Positions 50,311 to 61,531 are shown, numbered from the stretch's first letter. The stretch: 64,000 nt of DNA from Alphaproteobacteria bacterium (GCA_965249135.1 OZ252220.1:1696001-1760000); one strand, 5' to 3'. Notes: generated from the letters alone by a model not told the origin. Numbers and translations: made by a program.

Positions 50311-50978
50311 CGACGGGACCGCTCGTCATCGCCATCGACGGGCCGGCGGCGGCGGGCAAGGGGACCCTTGCACGCCGTATCGCCGAAGCGCTCGATTTTG
50401 CCCATCTCGACACCGGTCTCCTTTACCGGGCGATCGGGCTTATCGTGTTGCGGGCCAAGCAGGATCCGATGGATGAAGCGGCCGCGCTGGCGGCTGCGGA
50501 GGGACTCGAATCGTTCCAACTCGACGATCCGGCGCTCCGGCAGGACGACGTGGCGAGCGCCGCGGCAAAGGTGGCGGCCCTGCCAGTGGTCCGTGAACGC
50601 CTCCTCCGATTCCAGCGCGATTTTGCCGCCGCGCCGCCGGATGGGAAGAGAGGCTCGGTGGTCGAGGGAAGGGATATCGGGACCGTCGTTCTGCCCGACG
50701 CGAATCTGAAGCTTTTCCTCACGGCAGCCCTTGAAATACGGGCCGAACGGCGGCTTAAGGAGTTGCGGGGAAGGGGCCTGAAGAGTATACGTAGCCAGCT
50801 TTTGCGGGAGATGCGTGAGCGCGACGAGCGCGATGAGAACCGCCCCGTCTCGCCCCTGCGCCCCACCGAAGATGCGCATATGCTCGATACGACCGATCTG
50901 GATGCAGACGCCGCCTTCGAAGCCGCGATGGCAATCATTCGATCGCAGCGGGATTTTGCCGACAAGGATCGGCCTTGA
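50307..50978 (+). CDS. cmk: Cytidylate kinase
   Basis: IAIDGPAAAGKGT, LDTGLLYR, EGRDIGTVV. Confidence 0.97.
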   Translation: MTTGPLVIAIDGPAAAGKGTLARRIAEALDFAHLDTGLLYRAIGLIVLRAKQDPMDEAAALAAAEGLESFQLDDPALRQDDVASAAAKVAALPVVRERLLRFQRDFAAAPPDGKRGSVVEGRDIGTVVLPDANLKLFLTAALEIRAERRLKELRGRGLKSIRSQLLREMRERDERDENRPVSPLRPTEDAHMLDTTDLDADAAFEAAMAIIRSQRDFADKDRP

Positions 50979-51030
50979 CGGAAGAAACGTTGTCGGGAAG
51001 GCCCCTTGCGAGATGAGGAGAGAGGGTTAG

Positions 51031-52959
51031 GTGCCAGAACGCACAATATCCGAGGACGCCCCCCCGACAACCGGGGGGAGCTTTGCCGCCCTGCTGGACG
51101 AGTCGCTTGGGGTTCACGAACGCCTCGAGGGCAGCGTCGTCAAGGGTACGATCCTTGGCATCGAAAACGATCTCGTTCTCATTGACGTCGGGCTGAAGTC
51201 GGAAGGCTACGTCTCCTTACGGGAATTTTCCGAAGCCGGACAGCCTGCCGAGGTGAAAATCGGCGACGTCGTGGATGTCTACCTCGTCCGCATGGAAAAC
51301 AGGAATGGCGAGGCCATCCTCAGCCGCGAGAAGGCACGCCGCGAAGAAGCTTGGAATCACCTGGAAGAGGCCTTCAAGGAGGGCCGCCGGGTGTCGGGCA
51401 CGATCTTCGGCCGGGTGAAAGGGGGCTTCACGGTGGACCTCTCCGGTGCGGTGGCGTTCCTGCCGGGAAGCCAAGTCGACCTTCGACCCATTCGCGACAT
51501 CAGCCACCTGATGGGGAACCCGCAAACTTTCCAGATCCTCAAGATGGATCGCAGGCGCAGCAACATCGTCGTTTCGCGACGGGCCGTCCTCGAGGAATCG
51601 CGTGCCGAGGCACGCTCCGAACTCATTTCAAACCTTCAAGAAGGGCAAGTCCGCGAGGGCGTGGTGAAGAACATCACCGACTATGGTGCCTTCGTCGACC
51701 TTGGCGGCGTGGACGGCCTGCTTCACGTGACGGACATTGCCTGGCGACGGATCAACCATCCCTCCGAAGTGCTGAACATTGGCGAGACCGTGAATGTCAA
51801 GGTCATTCGCTTTAATTTGGAGACGCAGCGCATCAGCTTGGGCATGAAGCAGCTCGAGGAGGATCCCTGGGAAGGGGTCGAAGCGAAATACACGGTCGAC
51901 AGCATCTTCAAGGGGCGGGTCACGAACATCACCGACTATGGCGCCTTCGTCGAACTGGAGCCCGGTGTGGAAGGGCTGGTCCATGTCTCTGAAATGAGTT
52001 GGACGAAGAAGAACATGCATCCCGGGAAAATCGTCTCGACCAGCCAGGAAGTCGAAGTCAAGGTGCTGGACGTCGATCATGAGCGCCGCCGCATCAGCCT
52101 TGGCCTCAAACAATGCATGTCGAACCCCTGGGGGGAATTTGGCGAAGCCCATCCGGTCGGTTCCATCGTCGAGGACGAAGTCAAGAACATCACCGAATTT
52201 GGCATGTTCATCGGCCTTAACGGCGATATCGACGGCATGGCCCACCTTTCCGATCTGGATTGGGCGCGGCCCGGTGAAGAGGCCCTCACCGATTACAAGA
52301 AGGGCGATACCGTTAAAGCGAAGGTGCTGGAGATTGACATCGAGAAGGAGCGGGTCAGCCTCGGCATCAAGCAACTGACGGAAGACCCCTATCGCTCCGG
52401 CGCCAAGGAACTGAAAAAGGGAAGCCGCGTCACCTGCACCGTCACGGCCGTCCAGGACAAGGGGATCGAGGTTCGGGTCGGTGACCAGATTACGGCTTTC
52501 GTGCGCAAAGGCGACTTGTCCCGCGATCGCAGTGAGCAGCGGCCGGACCGTTTCGCCGTCGGCGACAAGGTGGATGTGCTGGTGACCTCCTTCGATTCGA
52601 AGAGCCGCAAGCTCTCCGTTTCCATCAAGGCGCTAGAGGTCCAAGAAGAAAAGCAAGCGATGGCGCAATACGGCTCCTCCGATAGCGGGGCAAGCCTGGG
52701 TGATATCTTAGGCGCAGCCATTCATAAGCATAAGAAATCCGCCGAGAACGCCGACGAAGCGGAAGCGAAGGAAGCGAAGAAGAGACCGGAAAAGAAGGCC
52801 GACAAAGCGGAAGCGAAAGAAGCGAAAGAAGCGAAGAAAGCAAAGAAGAAGCCTGAAAAGAAGGCTGCCGCAAAGAAGGCCGAAAAGAAAACCACGAAGA
52901 AGGCCTCGGAGAAAACGGAGCCCGCCGAGGATACGAACGCCGAGGGAGAGGAAGCGTAA
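51031..52959 (+). CDS. rpsA: 30S ribosomal protein S1 with K/A/E-rich C-terminal extension
   Basis: DVGLKSEG, AFLPGSQVD, repeated S1 domains (NITDYGAFV), GASLGDIL, low-complexity tail. Confidence 0.97.
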   Translation: MPERTISEDAPPTTGGSFAALLDESLGVHERLEGSVVKGTILGIENDLVLIDVGLKSEGYVSLREFSEAGQPAEVKIGDVVDVYLVRMENRNGEAILSREKARREEAWNHLEEAFKEGRRVSGTIFGRVKGGFTVDLSGAVAFLPGSQVDLRPIRDISHLMGNPQTFQILKMDRRRSNIVVSRRAVLEESRAEARSELISNLQEGQVREGVVKNITDYGAFVDLGGVDGLLHVTDIAWRRINHPSEVLNIGETVNVKVIRFNLETQRISLGMKQLEEDPWEGVEAKYTVDSIFKGRVTNITDYGAFVELEPGVEGLVHVSEMSWTKKNMHPGKIVSTSQEVEVKVLDVDHERRRISLGLKQCMSNPWGEFGEAHPVGSIVEDEVKNITEFGMFIGLNGDIDGMAHLSDLDWARPGEEALTDYKKGDTVKAKVLEIDIEKERVSLGIKQLTEDPYRSGAKELKKGSRVTCTVTAVQDKGIEVRVGDQITAFVRKGDLSRDRSEQRPDRFAVGDKVDVLVTSFDSKSRKLSVSIKALEVQEEKQAMAQYGSSDSGASLGDILGAAIHKHKKSAENADEAEAKEAKKRPEKKADKAEAKEAKEAKKAKKKPEKKAAAKKAEKKTTKKASEKTEPAEDTNAEGEEA

Positions 52960-53008
52960 GACGCCGATCGGTGATGAAGAAGCCCCGGCGGCGTCTGCCC
53001 GGAGGCCC

Positions 53009-53920
53009 ATGTCCCTGGATACCGATATCCGAATTGATCGTCAGAGTCTGAAGCGGCGACTCGCTTTTTGGCGCATCGTCGCCGTCGTCGCCTTCCTGGG
53101 CGCGCTGCTCATGGCATCCAGTCAGCTTTGGGAGCCGGCCCTCAGCCCGCACATCGCCCGAATCGAGGTTTCCGGGGTCATCGTCAATGACCGCGAGCGA
53201 GACGAGGTCTTGAAGGAAATCGCGGAAAACAGCCGAATTAAGGCCCTTCTCGTCCGGATCGACAGCCCAGGCGGCACGGTGGTCGGGGGGGAGGTGCTTT
53301 ACGGGGCGCTGCGCCGGATCGCCGAGAAGAAACCCGTCGTGGCGATCCTCGACACGATCGCCGCCTCGGGCGGTTACATGGTAGCGATCGCCGCCGATCA
53401 CATCGTCGCCCGCGAAGGAACGATCACGGGTTCGATCGGAGTCGTTTTTCAGACCGCCGAAATTACGACACTGCTTGAAAAGCTCGGCATTGAAACCGCG
53501 GCAATCAAAAGCGCGCCATTGAAAGCATCCCCCTCGCCGTTTGAAAAACTGACGCCAGACGTTCGCAAGGCAAGCCAGGCCCTCGTTGATGACATGTTCG
53601 AGCTCTTCATCGACATGGTGGCCATCCGCCGCGGCATGTCGCGGGAGGAAGTCCGGCGTCTCGCCGATGGGCGGGTCTATACCGGGCGCCAGGCGCTTGC
53701 CGAGCGACTGGTCGACGCGCTGGGAGGTGAGGAAGAGGCCCTGGCATGGCTGGGAGAGGCACGGGACGTGGATCCGACGTTGCCCATTCGTGACATCGAG
53801 GTTCATCCCGAGCGCCTGTTTTGGCGCAAGGCAGTCGAGTCGCTTATAGGAAAAACGGTTTTTTCTGAAAGACTTACCCTTGACGGCTTGGTCTTGCTCT
53901 GGCACCCTAAACTGTATTAA
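53009..53920 (+). CDS. sppA: Signal peptide peptidase SppA (36K type)
   Basis: DSPGG, AASGGY, GSIGV, DGRVYTG. Confidence 0.95.
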   Translation: MSLDTDIRIDRQSLKRRLAFWRIVAVVAFLGALLMASSQLWEPALSPHIARIEVSGVIVNDRERDEVLKEIAENSRIKALLVRIDSPGGTVVGGEVLYGALRRIAEKKPVVAILDTIAASGGYMVAIAADHIVAREGTITGSIGVVFQTAEITTLLEKLGIETAAIKSAPLKASPSPFEKLTPDVRKASQALVDDMFELFIDMVAIRRGMSREEVRRLADGRVYTGRQALAERLVDALGGEEEALAWLGEARDVDPTLPIRDIEVHPERLFWRKAVESLIGKTVFSERLTLDGLVLLWHPKLY

Positions 53921-53980
53921 CTCGCTGGCCGAGCCGATGGGGAGGCGGAGCGAAATACAAAGCGAGGAGGCGAATCGGTC

Positions 53981-54265
53981 ATGACAAAATCCGAATTAAT
54001 TCAGCGCCTCACGGAACAGAACCCGCATCTCTACCAGCGGGACATCGAACGCGTGGTTGCCACTATTTTCGATGAAATCGCATCCGCCCTTTCCAATAGT
54101 GAGCGGGTGGAACTTCGCGGCTTTGGGGCGTTCTCGGTGAAGCGTCGGGATGCCCGGATTGGGCGGAATCCCCGGACCGGCGAAACGGTCCGTGTGGCCG
54201 AGAAATACATCCCCTTCTTCAAGACCGGCAAAGAGCTTCGGGAGCGGCTGAGCGGCAAGGCCTAA
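53981..54265 (+). CDS. ihfB: Integration host factor beta subunit
   Basis: [35 protein letters not shown]. Confidence 0.96.
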   Translation: MTKSELIQRLTEQNPHLYQRDIERVVATIFDEIASALSNSERVELRGFGAFSVKRRDARIGRNPRTGETVRVAEKYIPFFKTGKELRERLSGKA

Positions 54266-54317
54266 GCGCCTTCGCGAGCCAGTCCTCACATGTCTCTGCC
54301 GGAACGAGACTTAAGGC

Positions 54318-54701
54318 ATGCGCTTCCTTGCCCGCCTTTTCGCCCTTGCCTTCGCTCTCTTCGCGATCCTGTTTGCCGCCGCCAATCATGGGGAAGTGAC
54401 GCTCCGCCTCTGGCCGTTGCCTTATGTGGCGACCCTACCCATCTACGTGGCAGTACTGGGCGCGGTCGTGCTTGGCTTTCTCGCCGGCGCCCTGGCCCTT
54501 TGGCCGTCCCTTCACCGCTGGCGCCACGCCTCCCGCCGCGAGGCCCGAACCATTGCCGCCCTCGAACAGGAAACGGCGCGGCTTCGCGAGCATCCGAGCG
54601 GGGAGACGAAGCCGAAGCGGCCGGCCTTCCGGCGGTTGCTGATGAGTAATAAGGGCACTTCCGGCGCATCGAACAGCGTGGGCGATGCTAATCTGCTATA
54701 A
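54318..54701 (+). CDS. LapA/DUF1049 family membrane protein
   Basis: FAAAN..V.L.LWP, second TM, coiled tail; lies between ihfB and pyrF. Confidence 0.8.
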   Translation: MRFLARLFALAFALFAILFAAANHGEVTLRLWPLPYVATLPIYVAVLGAVVLGFLAGALALWPSLHRWRHASRREARTIAALEQETARLREHPSGETKPKRPAFRRLLMSNKGTSGASNSVGDANLL

Positions 54702-54751
54702 ACGGCGCCGGCCTTGGGAGGCTGGCGAATTTTCGTAAGAATCTTGAACGA

Positions 54752-55489
54752 GTGGCTTACCCCATGATCGGAGGCGACCCCGCCCGGCGTATCTTCTGCG
54801 CGATCGACACCGACGCGCTGCCTTCGGCATTGAGGCTTGTGAAGACGCTTGGCGGCCATATCGGCGGCGTCAAGGTGGGGCTCGAATTCTTTACCGTCGC
54901 CGGGCCGGAGGGCGTTAAGGCGATGGCGGCGGCCGCGCCGCTTTTTCTCGACCTCAAATTTCACGATATTCCGAACACGGTGGCGGGTGCGGTCCGCGCC
55001 GCCGTGGCGTTGCGCCCGGTTTTCCTGACGGTCCATGTGGCAGGCGGCGAGGCGATGCTCCGTGCCGCAAAGACGGCAGCGGTAGAGGCCGCGGCGGAAG
55101 CGAAAGTCGAACGGCCCCTTCTTCTTGGCGTGACGGTGTTGACGAGCCTCGATCAGACGGATTTGGATGGGATCGGGCTTCGCGGCCCCGTCGAGGTGCG
55201 CACGCTTGCCCTTGCCGAACTTGCTGAGCGCACCGGCCTCGATGGCGTCGTCGCATCGGCTCAAGAGGCGAAGCGGATCCGCGATCGCTTTGGCCCCGAT
55301 TTCAAACTCGTCGTGCCGGGTCTTCGCCCGGCCTTCACGAAGGCCGAAGACCAGAAACGGGTCATGACGCCAGCCGAGGCGGTGGCGGCAGGCGCCGACG
55401 TTCTCGTCATCGGCCGGCCGATTACCCAGGCCGCCGATCCTCTGGAGGCGGTACAAAGGATCGTCGAGGAAATCGACGCCGGCTCATGA
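54752..55489 (+). CDS. pyrF: Orotidine-5'-phosphate decarboxylase
   Basis: KVGLE, FLDLKFHDIPNTV, VTVLTS, VPGLRP, DQKR, IGRPI. Confidence 0.97.
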   Translation: MAYPMIGGDPARRIFCAIDTDALPSALRLVKTLGGHIGGVKVGLEFFTVAGPEGVKAMAAAAPLFLDLKFHDIPNTVAGAVRAAVALRPVFLTVHVAGGEAMLRAAKTAAVEAAAEAKVERPLLLGVTVLTSLDQTDLDGIGLRGPVEVRTLALAELAERTGLDGVVASAQEAKRIRDRFGPDFKLVVPGLRPAFTKAEDQKRVMTPAEAVAAGADVLVIGRPITQAADPLEAVQRIVEEIDAGS

Positions 55490-56124
55490 CGGTCGAGGCG
55501 AAAATCTGTGGGATCACGTCGCCAGATGCGGTGACGGCAGCCGCCGAAGGGGGGAGCCGGTTCGTCGGGTACGTCTTCTACGCACCTTCGCCACGGGATC
55601 TGACGATCGAGGCGGCGCGCAAGCTTGCCTCCGCCGTCCCCTCGCCGATCCAGAAGGTGGGCCTTTTCGTCGATGCGGCGGATGAAACGATTGCCCGGGT
55701 GCTTGGCGAGGTGCCGCTCGATTGTCTGCAGTTGCATGGGGAAGAATCGCCCGCGCGTATCAAAGCCATCCGTGAGCGGTTCGGTTTGCCGGTCATGAAG
55801 GCCATCCGGATCGGCGTGCAACCCGATGTCGAGAAGGCAACACCCTATCTGGATGTCGCGGACCGGCTGCTTTTCGATGCATTGGGGCCCGCTGGGGGCC
55901 TGCCGGGGGGTACCGGACAAGCCTTTGAATGGGAATGGCTTTCGGGCCATGACTGGCCGCTGCCCTGGATGTTGTCGGGCGGCCTTAACGCCTCTAATGT
56001 GGCAGACGCTGTCCGGCGGAGCGGTGCCCGGGCAGTTGACGTTTCCTCCGGCGTTGAGGATAAACCGGGCCACAAGGATCCTGGACGGATCGCCGAATTT
56101 CTTTCGGCGGTCGCAGGCCTTTGA
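55486..56124 (+). CDS. trpF: Phosphoribosylanthranilate isomerase
   Basis: KICGI, QLHGEE, GGTG, LSGGL, DVSSGVE. Confidence 0.96.
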   Translation: MTVEAKICGITSPDAVTAAAEGGSRFVGYVFYAPSPRDLTIEAARKLASAVPSPIQKVGLFVDAADETIARVLGEVPLDCLQLHGEESPARIKAIRERFGLPVMKAIRIGVQPDVEKATPYLDVADRLLFDALGPAGGLPGGTGQAFEWEWLSGHDWPLPWMLSGGLNASNVADAVRRSGARAVDVSSGVEDKPGHKDPGRIAEFLSAVAGL

Positions 56125-56148
56125 TCCCGGGCCCGGGAAGGACTTGGC

Positions 56149-57375
56149 ATGACGGAACCGGCCAAACAGAAGATTAACAGCTTTTATGGCGGCCCCGATG
56201 CGGAAGGCCACTTCGGCATTTACGGCGGGCGTTTCGTCGCGGAAACGTTGATGCCGCTTATTCTGGAGGTGGAGGCGGCTTACGAAGCGGCGAAGAAAGA
56301 TTCGACGTTCGCCCGCGAGCTTGCCTATTACCTCAAGCATTACGCCGGCCGGCCAAGTCCTCTTTACTTCGCCGAGGGGCTGACCCGGCATTTTAAAGGC
56401 GCGAAGATTTACTTCAAGCGGGACGAACTCAATCACACGGGTGCCCACAAGATCAACAACTGCATTGGCCAGGCGTTGCTGGCCCGCAAGATGGGAAAGA
56501 CGCGCATCATCGCCGAGACCGGTGCCGGTCAGCATGGCGTTGCGACGGCGACCGTCTGTGCGTTGTTCGGCCTGCATTGCCGCATCTACATGGGCGAGGT
56601 CGACATCAAGCGGCAATCGCCGAACGTTTTTCGAATGAAGCTCCTGGGTGCGGAGGTCGTGCCGGTGACCTCCGGCTCAGCGACGCTCAAGGATGCGATG
56701 AACGAGGCGCTCAGGGATTGGGTAGGGAATGTCGAAGACACCTACTACCTAATCGGCACCGTCGCCGGCCCCCACCCCTATCCGGAGATGGTGCGGGACT
56801 TCCAGTCGGTGATCGGTGGGGAGACCCGCAAGCAGATCATGGAAGCCGAGGGACGAATCCCGGATAGCCTCGTGGCGTGCATCGGCGGCGGTTCCAATGC
56901 GATCGGACTGTTTTATCCTTTCCTCGATGATCGGGATGTGCGGCTGATCGGCGTCGAGGCGGCAGGCAAGGGCATTGAAACTGGCGAACACGCCGCTTCC
57001 CTTTCCGCCGGCAGCCCCGGCGTTCTGCACGGCAACCGAACCTATCTGCTGCAGGATGCGGATGGTCAGATCCAGAACGCGCACTCGATTTCCGCGGGCC
57101 TCGACTATCCCGGCATCGGACCCGAGCACGCCTGGCTCCATGAGGCGGGCCGCGTGGAATATGTCGCTATCACGGATGTAGAGGCGCTGGCCGCCTTCCA
57201 GTTGTGTACGCGCACGGAAGGCATCATCCCGGCCCTGGAACCGGCCCATGCCCTGGCCCAGGTCGCGAAGATCGCGCCTGAGCTTCCGGCCGACCACCTT
57301 CTCGTCATGAACCTATGCGGTCGCGGCGACAAGGACATCTTCACGGTGGCCGACGCGCTGGGAGTCGAGCTTTGA
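56149..57375 (+). CDS. trpB: Tryptophan synthase beta chain
   Basis: [33 protein letters not shown]. Confidence 0.98.
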   Translation: MTEPAKQKINSFYGGPDAEGHFGIYGGRFVAETLMPLILEVEAAYEAAKKDSTFARELAYYLKHYAGRPSPLYFAEGLTRHFKGAKIYFKRDELNHTGAHKINNCIGQALLARKMGKTRIIAETGAGQHGVATATVCALFGLHCRIYMGEVDIKRQSPNVFRMKLLGAEVVPVTSGSATLKDAMNEALRDWVGNVEDTYYLIGTVAGPHPYPEMVRDFQSVIGGETRKQIMEAEGRIPDSLVACIGGGSNAIGLFYPFLDDRDVRLIGVEAAGKGIETGEHAASLSAGSPGVLHGNRTYLLQDADGQIQNAHSISAGLDYPGIGPEHAWLHEAGRVEYVAITDVEALAAFQLCTRTEGIIPALEPAHALAQVAKIAPELPADHLLVMNLCGRGDKDIFTVADALGVEL

Positions 57376-58256
57376 ACGCAACCCCGAAAGCTAGCGTGAA
57401 AGGCCGCATCGAGACGCGCTTCGCAGCGCTTGCGGCGGAGGGGCGCGCCGGCCTCATCGCCTTTATCACGGCGGGCGATCCGGACGCGGCGACCTCGCTT
57501 GTCCTTCTCGAAGGCTTGCCGAAGGCGGGTGCGGACCTCATCGAACTCGGCATGCCATTTTCGGATCCCATAGCAGATGGGCCGGCGATCCAGGCGAGCT
57601 CCAAACGGGCGCTTATGAGCGGGGCGAGCCTTCGGAAAACCCTCGAGATGGTGGAGCGTTTCCGGAAGAAGGATACAGAAACGCCGGTCATCCTGATGGG
57701 CTACTACAATCCCATCTACGTCTATGGTGTGGATCGATTCCTGGAGGATGCCTTGAAGGCGGGCATCGATGGGTTGATCGTCGTCGACCTGCCGCCGGAG
57801 GAGGATCGTGAACTCTGTTTGCCGGCAGGGAAAGTGGGGCTTCCTTTCATTCGGCTGGCCGCGCCTACGACGGACGCGCGGCGATTGCCGAGGGTTCTCG
57901 AAAATGCGAGCGGCTTTCTCTATTACATTTCCATCACCGGCATCACGGGAACGAAGACGGCGCCAAGCGAGGCCGTGGCAAAGGCGGTGGATCGCCTGCG
58001 CCGGCATACGGAACTTCCCATCGCCGTTGGTTTTGGTATCCGGACACCGGAACTGGCAGAGAAAATCGCCGCCCATGCGGATGCCGTCGTCGTCGGTTCG
58101 GCCCTCGTGCAAAGGATCGAGGAGGGGCTTGCCGCAGGCGGGTCTGCGGCCGATCTTTCCGGATCCGTTCTCCGGTTCGTGGAAGAGTTGGCGGGTGGGG
58201 TTCGACGCGCGGCCCGGAATCCCGAAACACGCACTTCCAGAAAGGGCGTCGCATGA
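57372..58256 (+). CDS. trpA: Tryptophan synthase alpha chain
   Basis: [37 protein letters not shown]; probable TTG start overlapping trpB stop. Confidence 0.96.
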   Translation: MNATPKASVKGRIETRFAALAAEGRAGLIAFITAGDPDAATSLVLLEGLPKAGADLIELGMPFSDPIADGPAIQASSKRALMSGASLRKTLEMVERFRKKDTETPVILMGYYNPIYVYGVDRFLEDALKAGIDGLIVVDLPPEEDRELCLPAGKVGLPFIRLAAPTTDARRLPRVLENASGFLYYISITGITGTKTAPSEAVAKAVDRLRRHTELPIAVGFGIRTPELAEKIAAHADAVVVGSALVQRIEEGLAAGGSAADLSGSVLRFVEELAGGVRRAARNPETRTSRKGVA

Positions 58257-59161
58257 ACTGGCTTCGTAATTTCGTTCGCCCGAAGATACAGGCCATCGTC
58301 CGGAAAAAAGACGTGCCAGAGAACCTTTGGGAGACCTGTTCCGAATGCGGGCAGATGATCTTTCATCGCGAGCTGGAAGCAAATTTGAGGGTTTGTCCGG
58401 AATGTGGCTTTCACATGCAGTTGCATCCCGAACAACGGCTGAAGCTGCTATTTGACGAGGGCGAGTACAAACGGATCGAGCTTCCGGAAGTGGCGGCCGA
58501 CCCGCTTAAGTTCCGGGACAAACGCCGTTATTCGGACCGGTTGTGCGACGCCCAAAGCAAGACCGGCGAGCCGGATGCGATCGTCGTCGCCCATGGCCGG
58601 ATCGGTGGGATCAACACCGTCATTGCCGCCTTCAACTTCGATTTTCTGGGTGGCTCCATGGGAACGGCCGTGGGCGAGGGCCTCGTGGCGGCGGCACGGC
58701 TCGCGGTGCTGCAAGAATCCCCGTTCGTCGTCATTCCCGCATCGGGAGGAGCGCGCATGCAGGAAGGCGTACTTTCGCTGATGCAGATGGCGCGCACCAC
58801 GGTCGCCATCGAAGAGGTAAGGGAGATGGGCCTTCCCTACGTCGTCATCTTGACGAACCCGACGACAGGCGGCGTGACGGCCTCCTTCGCCATGCTCGGC
58901 GATCTGGCGATCGCGGAGCCGGGCGCGATCATCGGCTTTGCAGGCGCGCGCGTGATCGAAACGACGATCCGCGAGTCTTTGCCGGAAGGCTTCCAACGAT
59001 CGGAATACCTTCTCGAGCACGGCATGATCGACTTGATCGTGCCGAGAGCCGAGCTTCGCGACACGCTGGCCCGCGTTCTTGGGATCTTGTCCAACCGGGG
59101 ACCGGTGGGTGAACTCGTCCCTATTCCACGGACGGAAACGACGCCACCCCGTCCGGATTGA
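58253..59161 (+). CDS. accD: Acetyl-CoA carboxylase carboxyltransferase beta subunit
   Basis: CSEC..CPEC zinc finger, [23 protein letters not shown]. Confidence 0.97.
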   Translation: MNWLRNFVRPKIQAIVRKKDVPENLWETCSECGQMIFHRELEANLRVCPECGFHMQLHPEQRLKLLFDEGEYKRIELPEVAADPLKFRDKRRYSDRLCDAQSKTGEPDAIVVAHGRIGGINTVIAAFNFDFLGGSMGTAVGEGLVAAARLAVLQESPFVVIPASGGARMQEGVLSLMQMARTTVAIEEVREMGLPYVVILTNPTTGGVTASFAMLGDLAIAEPGAIIGFAGARVIETTIRESLPEGFQRSEYLLEHGMIDLIVPRAELRDTLARVLGILSNRGPVGELVPIPRTETTPPRPD

Positions 59162-59179
59162 TCGGATGAGAAGGCAGCC

Positions 59180-60508
59180 TTGACACGGACGGTCGATCCG
59201 ATACTCGAACGGCTTTCGACGCTTCATCCGAAGGCGATCGACCTTTCGTTAGGCCGCATCGAACGCCTGCTCGGCGCGCTTGGCCATCCGGAAGCATCGC
59301 TTCCGCCCGTCGTGCATGTGGCCGGTACGAACGGAAAAGGCTCGCTCATCGCGTTCCTTCGGGCGATTCTTGAGGCGGCCGGCATCCGCGTCCACACTTA
59401 CACCTCTCCCCACCTCGTCCGGTTCAACGAGCGGGTCTGTCTTGCCGGCCATCCCATCCTTGAGGCGGACCTCATCCGGCTGTTGGAACGGTGCGAGGCG
59501 GCAAACGAAGGCAAGGCGATCACCTTCTTCGAAATCACGACGGCGGCTGCCTTCCTGGCCTTTGCGGAGGCAAGGGCGGAGGGGAATATCGTGTTGCTCG
59601 AGACGGGCTTGGGCGGGAGGCTTGATGCGACAAACCTGATTGCGCAGCCGCTCCTTTCCGTGTTGACGCCGATCGCGATCGATCACACGCAGTTTCTTGG
59701 TACCTCGCTAAGCGCCATCGCGGCCGAGAAAGCGGCCATTTTGAAACCGGGCGTGCCCGCCGTCGTCGGGCCGCAACCGGCGGCGGCCGAGGCGGTCATT
59801 GCGGCCGAGGCGGCGGCGAAGCAGGCTCCACTTTTTCGCATGGGACGCGAGTGGTCCGTCGCGCCTACCGGAGAGGGGATCCGCTATCGGGAAGGGGAGA
59901 CGGAATTCACCCTGCCTAAGCCCGGTCTTCCCGGCCGCCACCAGATCGAAAATGCCGGCATCGCGCTGGCCGCCGTGCGAAGGCTTGGGCGTTTCACGGT
60001 TTCAAAGGCGGCCATGGCCGAAGGGCTTGCGAATGTCGATTGGCCGGGGCGGTTGCAGCGCCTAAGGCAAGGGCCACTGCTTTCGCTTCTTCCTCCCGGT
60101 GCCGAGCTTTGGCTGGATGGCGGGCACAACCTGGCCGCCGCCGAGGCGTTGCGGGAGTGGGCGGCGGCGGAGGCTCGCCCGCTCGCGCTTGTCTTTGGCA
60201 TGTTGAACACGAAGGACCCGGAAGCGTTTCTTCGCCTGCTGGCACCCCAGGTGACGGCGCTTTGCGCCGTGCCCATCCCGGAAAGTGACGCGAGCCTTTT
60301 GCCGGAGGAGCTGGTTTCGGCGGCCAAGGCCGCCGGCATCGCGCACGCCTTCGCCGCCGCCGACCCGGCCGCAGCAGTTCGGCGGATCGTTCAGCAAAGC
60401 GGGCCGCCACCCCGTCTTCTGGTGACCGGCTCGCTTTATCTGGTGGGCGAGGTGCTTAAAGATGCGGAAAGGACGCCGGAGAAAGCGGCGCTTTCGCTCG
60501 GCGCTTAA
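59180..60508 (+). CDS. folC: Folylpolyglutamate/dihydrofolate synthase
   Basis: AGTNGKGS, TSPHL, ETGLGGRLDATN, WPGR, DGGHN, TGSLYLVG. Confidence 0.97.
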   Translation: MTRTVDPILERLSTLHPKAIDLSLGRIERLLGALGHPEASLPPVVHVAGTNGKGSLIAFLRAILEAAGIRVHTYTSPHLVRFNERVCLAGHPILEADLIRLLERCEAANEGKAITFFEITTAAAFLAFAEARAEGNIVLLETGLGGRLDATNLIAQPLLSVLTPIAIDHTQFLGTSLSAIAAEKAAILKPGVPAVVGPQPAAAEAVIAAEAAAKQAPLFRMGREWSVAPTGEGIRYREGETEFTLPKPGLPGRHQIENAGIALAAVRRLGRFTVSKAAMAEGLANVDWPGRLQRLRQGPLLSLLPPGAELWLDGGHNLAAAEALREWAAAEARPLALVFGMLNTKDPEAFLRLLAPQVTALCAVPIPESDASLLPEELVSAAKAAGIAHAFAAADPAAAVRRIVQQSGPPPRLLVTGSLYLVGEVLKDAERTPEKAALSLGA

Positions 60509-60565
60509 GCATACCCGCCCCCAACGCTTGGTCTTGCGAAGTGCTTCCGGCTATAATTCCCCTCG

Positions 60566-61531
60566 ATGACCGACCCTGCTCTCGCTCGCAAGGCACCCGC
60601 CCTCGATCCGCGAAAATTCCGCGACCCAGACGTGACCGCCGATGGCGAACCGCGGGGGGTCGTGCCGTTCTTCAGTCTCAAGACGCTCTGGGTCAATACC
60701 GGCACCCTTTGCAACCTTACCTGCGAGCACTGCTATATCGAGTCGTCGCCTACGAATGACCGACTCGTTTACCTGACCGCTTCGGAAGTAGCGAGATATC
60801 TCGACGAGATCGAAGTACAGCAATTGCCGACGGAGGAGATCGGCTTTACCGGTGGGGAGCCCTTCATGAATCCCGACATCATGGAGACGCTGGAAGATTC
60901 GCTTGCGCGCGGCTTCCGTGTGCTCGTGCTTACGAATGCGATGCGCCCGATGCTGCGGCACAAGGGGGGCTTGAGCGAACTAAAAAAGGTATTCGGCCCG
61001 AAACTCGTGATCCGGGTTTCCCTCGATCACTACGGGAAAGCACTGCACGAAAGCAAACGCGGGAAGGATACCTATGAGAAAACCGTCAAGGGTCTGGCGT
61101 GGCTTAGTCAAGCCGGGTTTGCCGTTCGCGTCGTCGGCCGTACCTGTTGGGGCGAGCCGGTGGATGGGATGCGGGAAGGCTATCGCCGACTTTTTCACGC
61201 TCAGGATATTTCTATCGATGCGGAAAATGAAGAAACCCTTGTCTTTTTTCCGGAAATGGATGCGACAGCGGATGTACCGGAAATCACACAAGGTTGTTGG
61301 AAGACGCTCGGCGTCGAACCAAGCCATATCATGTGTGCAACTTCCCGCATGGTCGTAAAACGCAAAGGGGCGGATGGTCCAGTCGTGCTTGCTTGCACGC
61401 TGGTTGCTTATGATCCTGAATTCGAGATGGGAAAAACGCTTGCCGAGGCGGCCCGGCCGGTAAAGCTGAATCATCCCCATTGCGCTCGCTTCTGTGTACT
61501 GGGCGGCGGTGTCTGTAGCAAGGTTGCTTAA
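60566..61531 (+). CDS. Radical SAM protein of unknown function
   Basis: CNLTCEHC, FTGGEPF, LTN, VSLD, Cys-rich C-terminus (MCATSR..ACT..HCARFC..GGGVC). Confidence 0.9.
   Translation: MTDPALARKAPALDPRKFRDPDVTADGEPRGVVPFFSLKTLWVNTGTLCNLTCEHCYIESSPTNDRLVYLTASEVARYLDEIEVQQLPTEEIGFTGGEPFMNPDIMETLEDSLARGFRVLVLTNAMRPMLRHKGGLSELKKVFGPKLVIRVSLDHYGKALHESKRGKDTYEKTVKGLAWLSQAGFAVRVVGRTCWGEPVDGMREGYRRLFHAQDISIDAENEETLVFFPEMDATADVPEITQGCWKTLGVEPSHIMCATSRMVVKRKGADGPVVLACTLVAYDPEFEMGKTLAEAARPVKLNHPHCARFCVLGGGVCSKVA

Noticed and set aside
52625-58382. Long - strand ORFs (426, 314, 451 and 425 aa)
   Set aside because: They are antisense to rpsA/sppA/pyrF/trp genes and lack RBSs or domain signatures.
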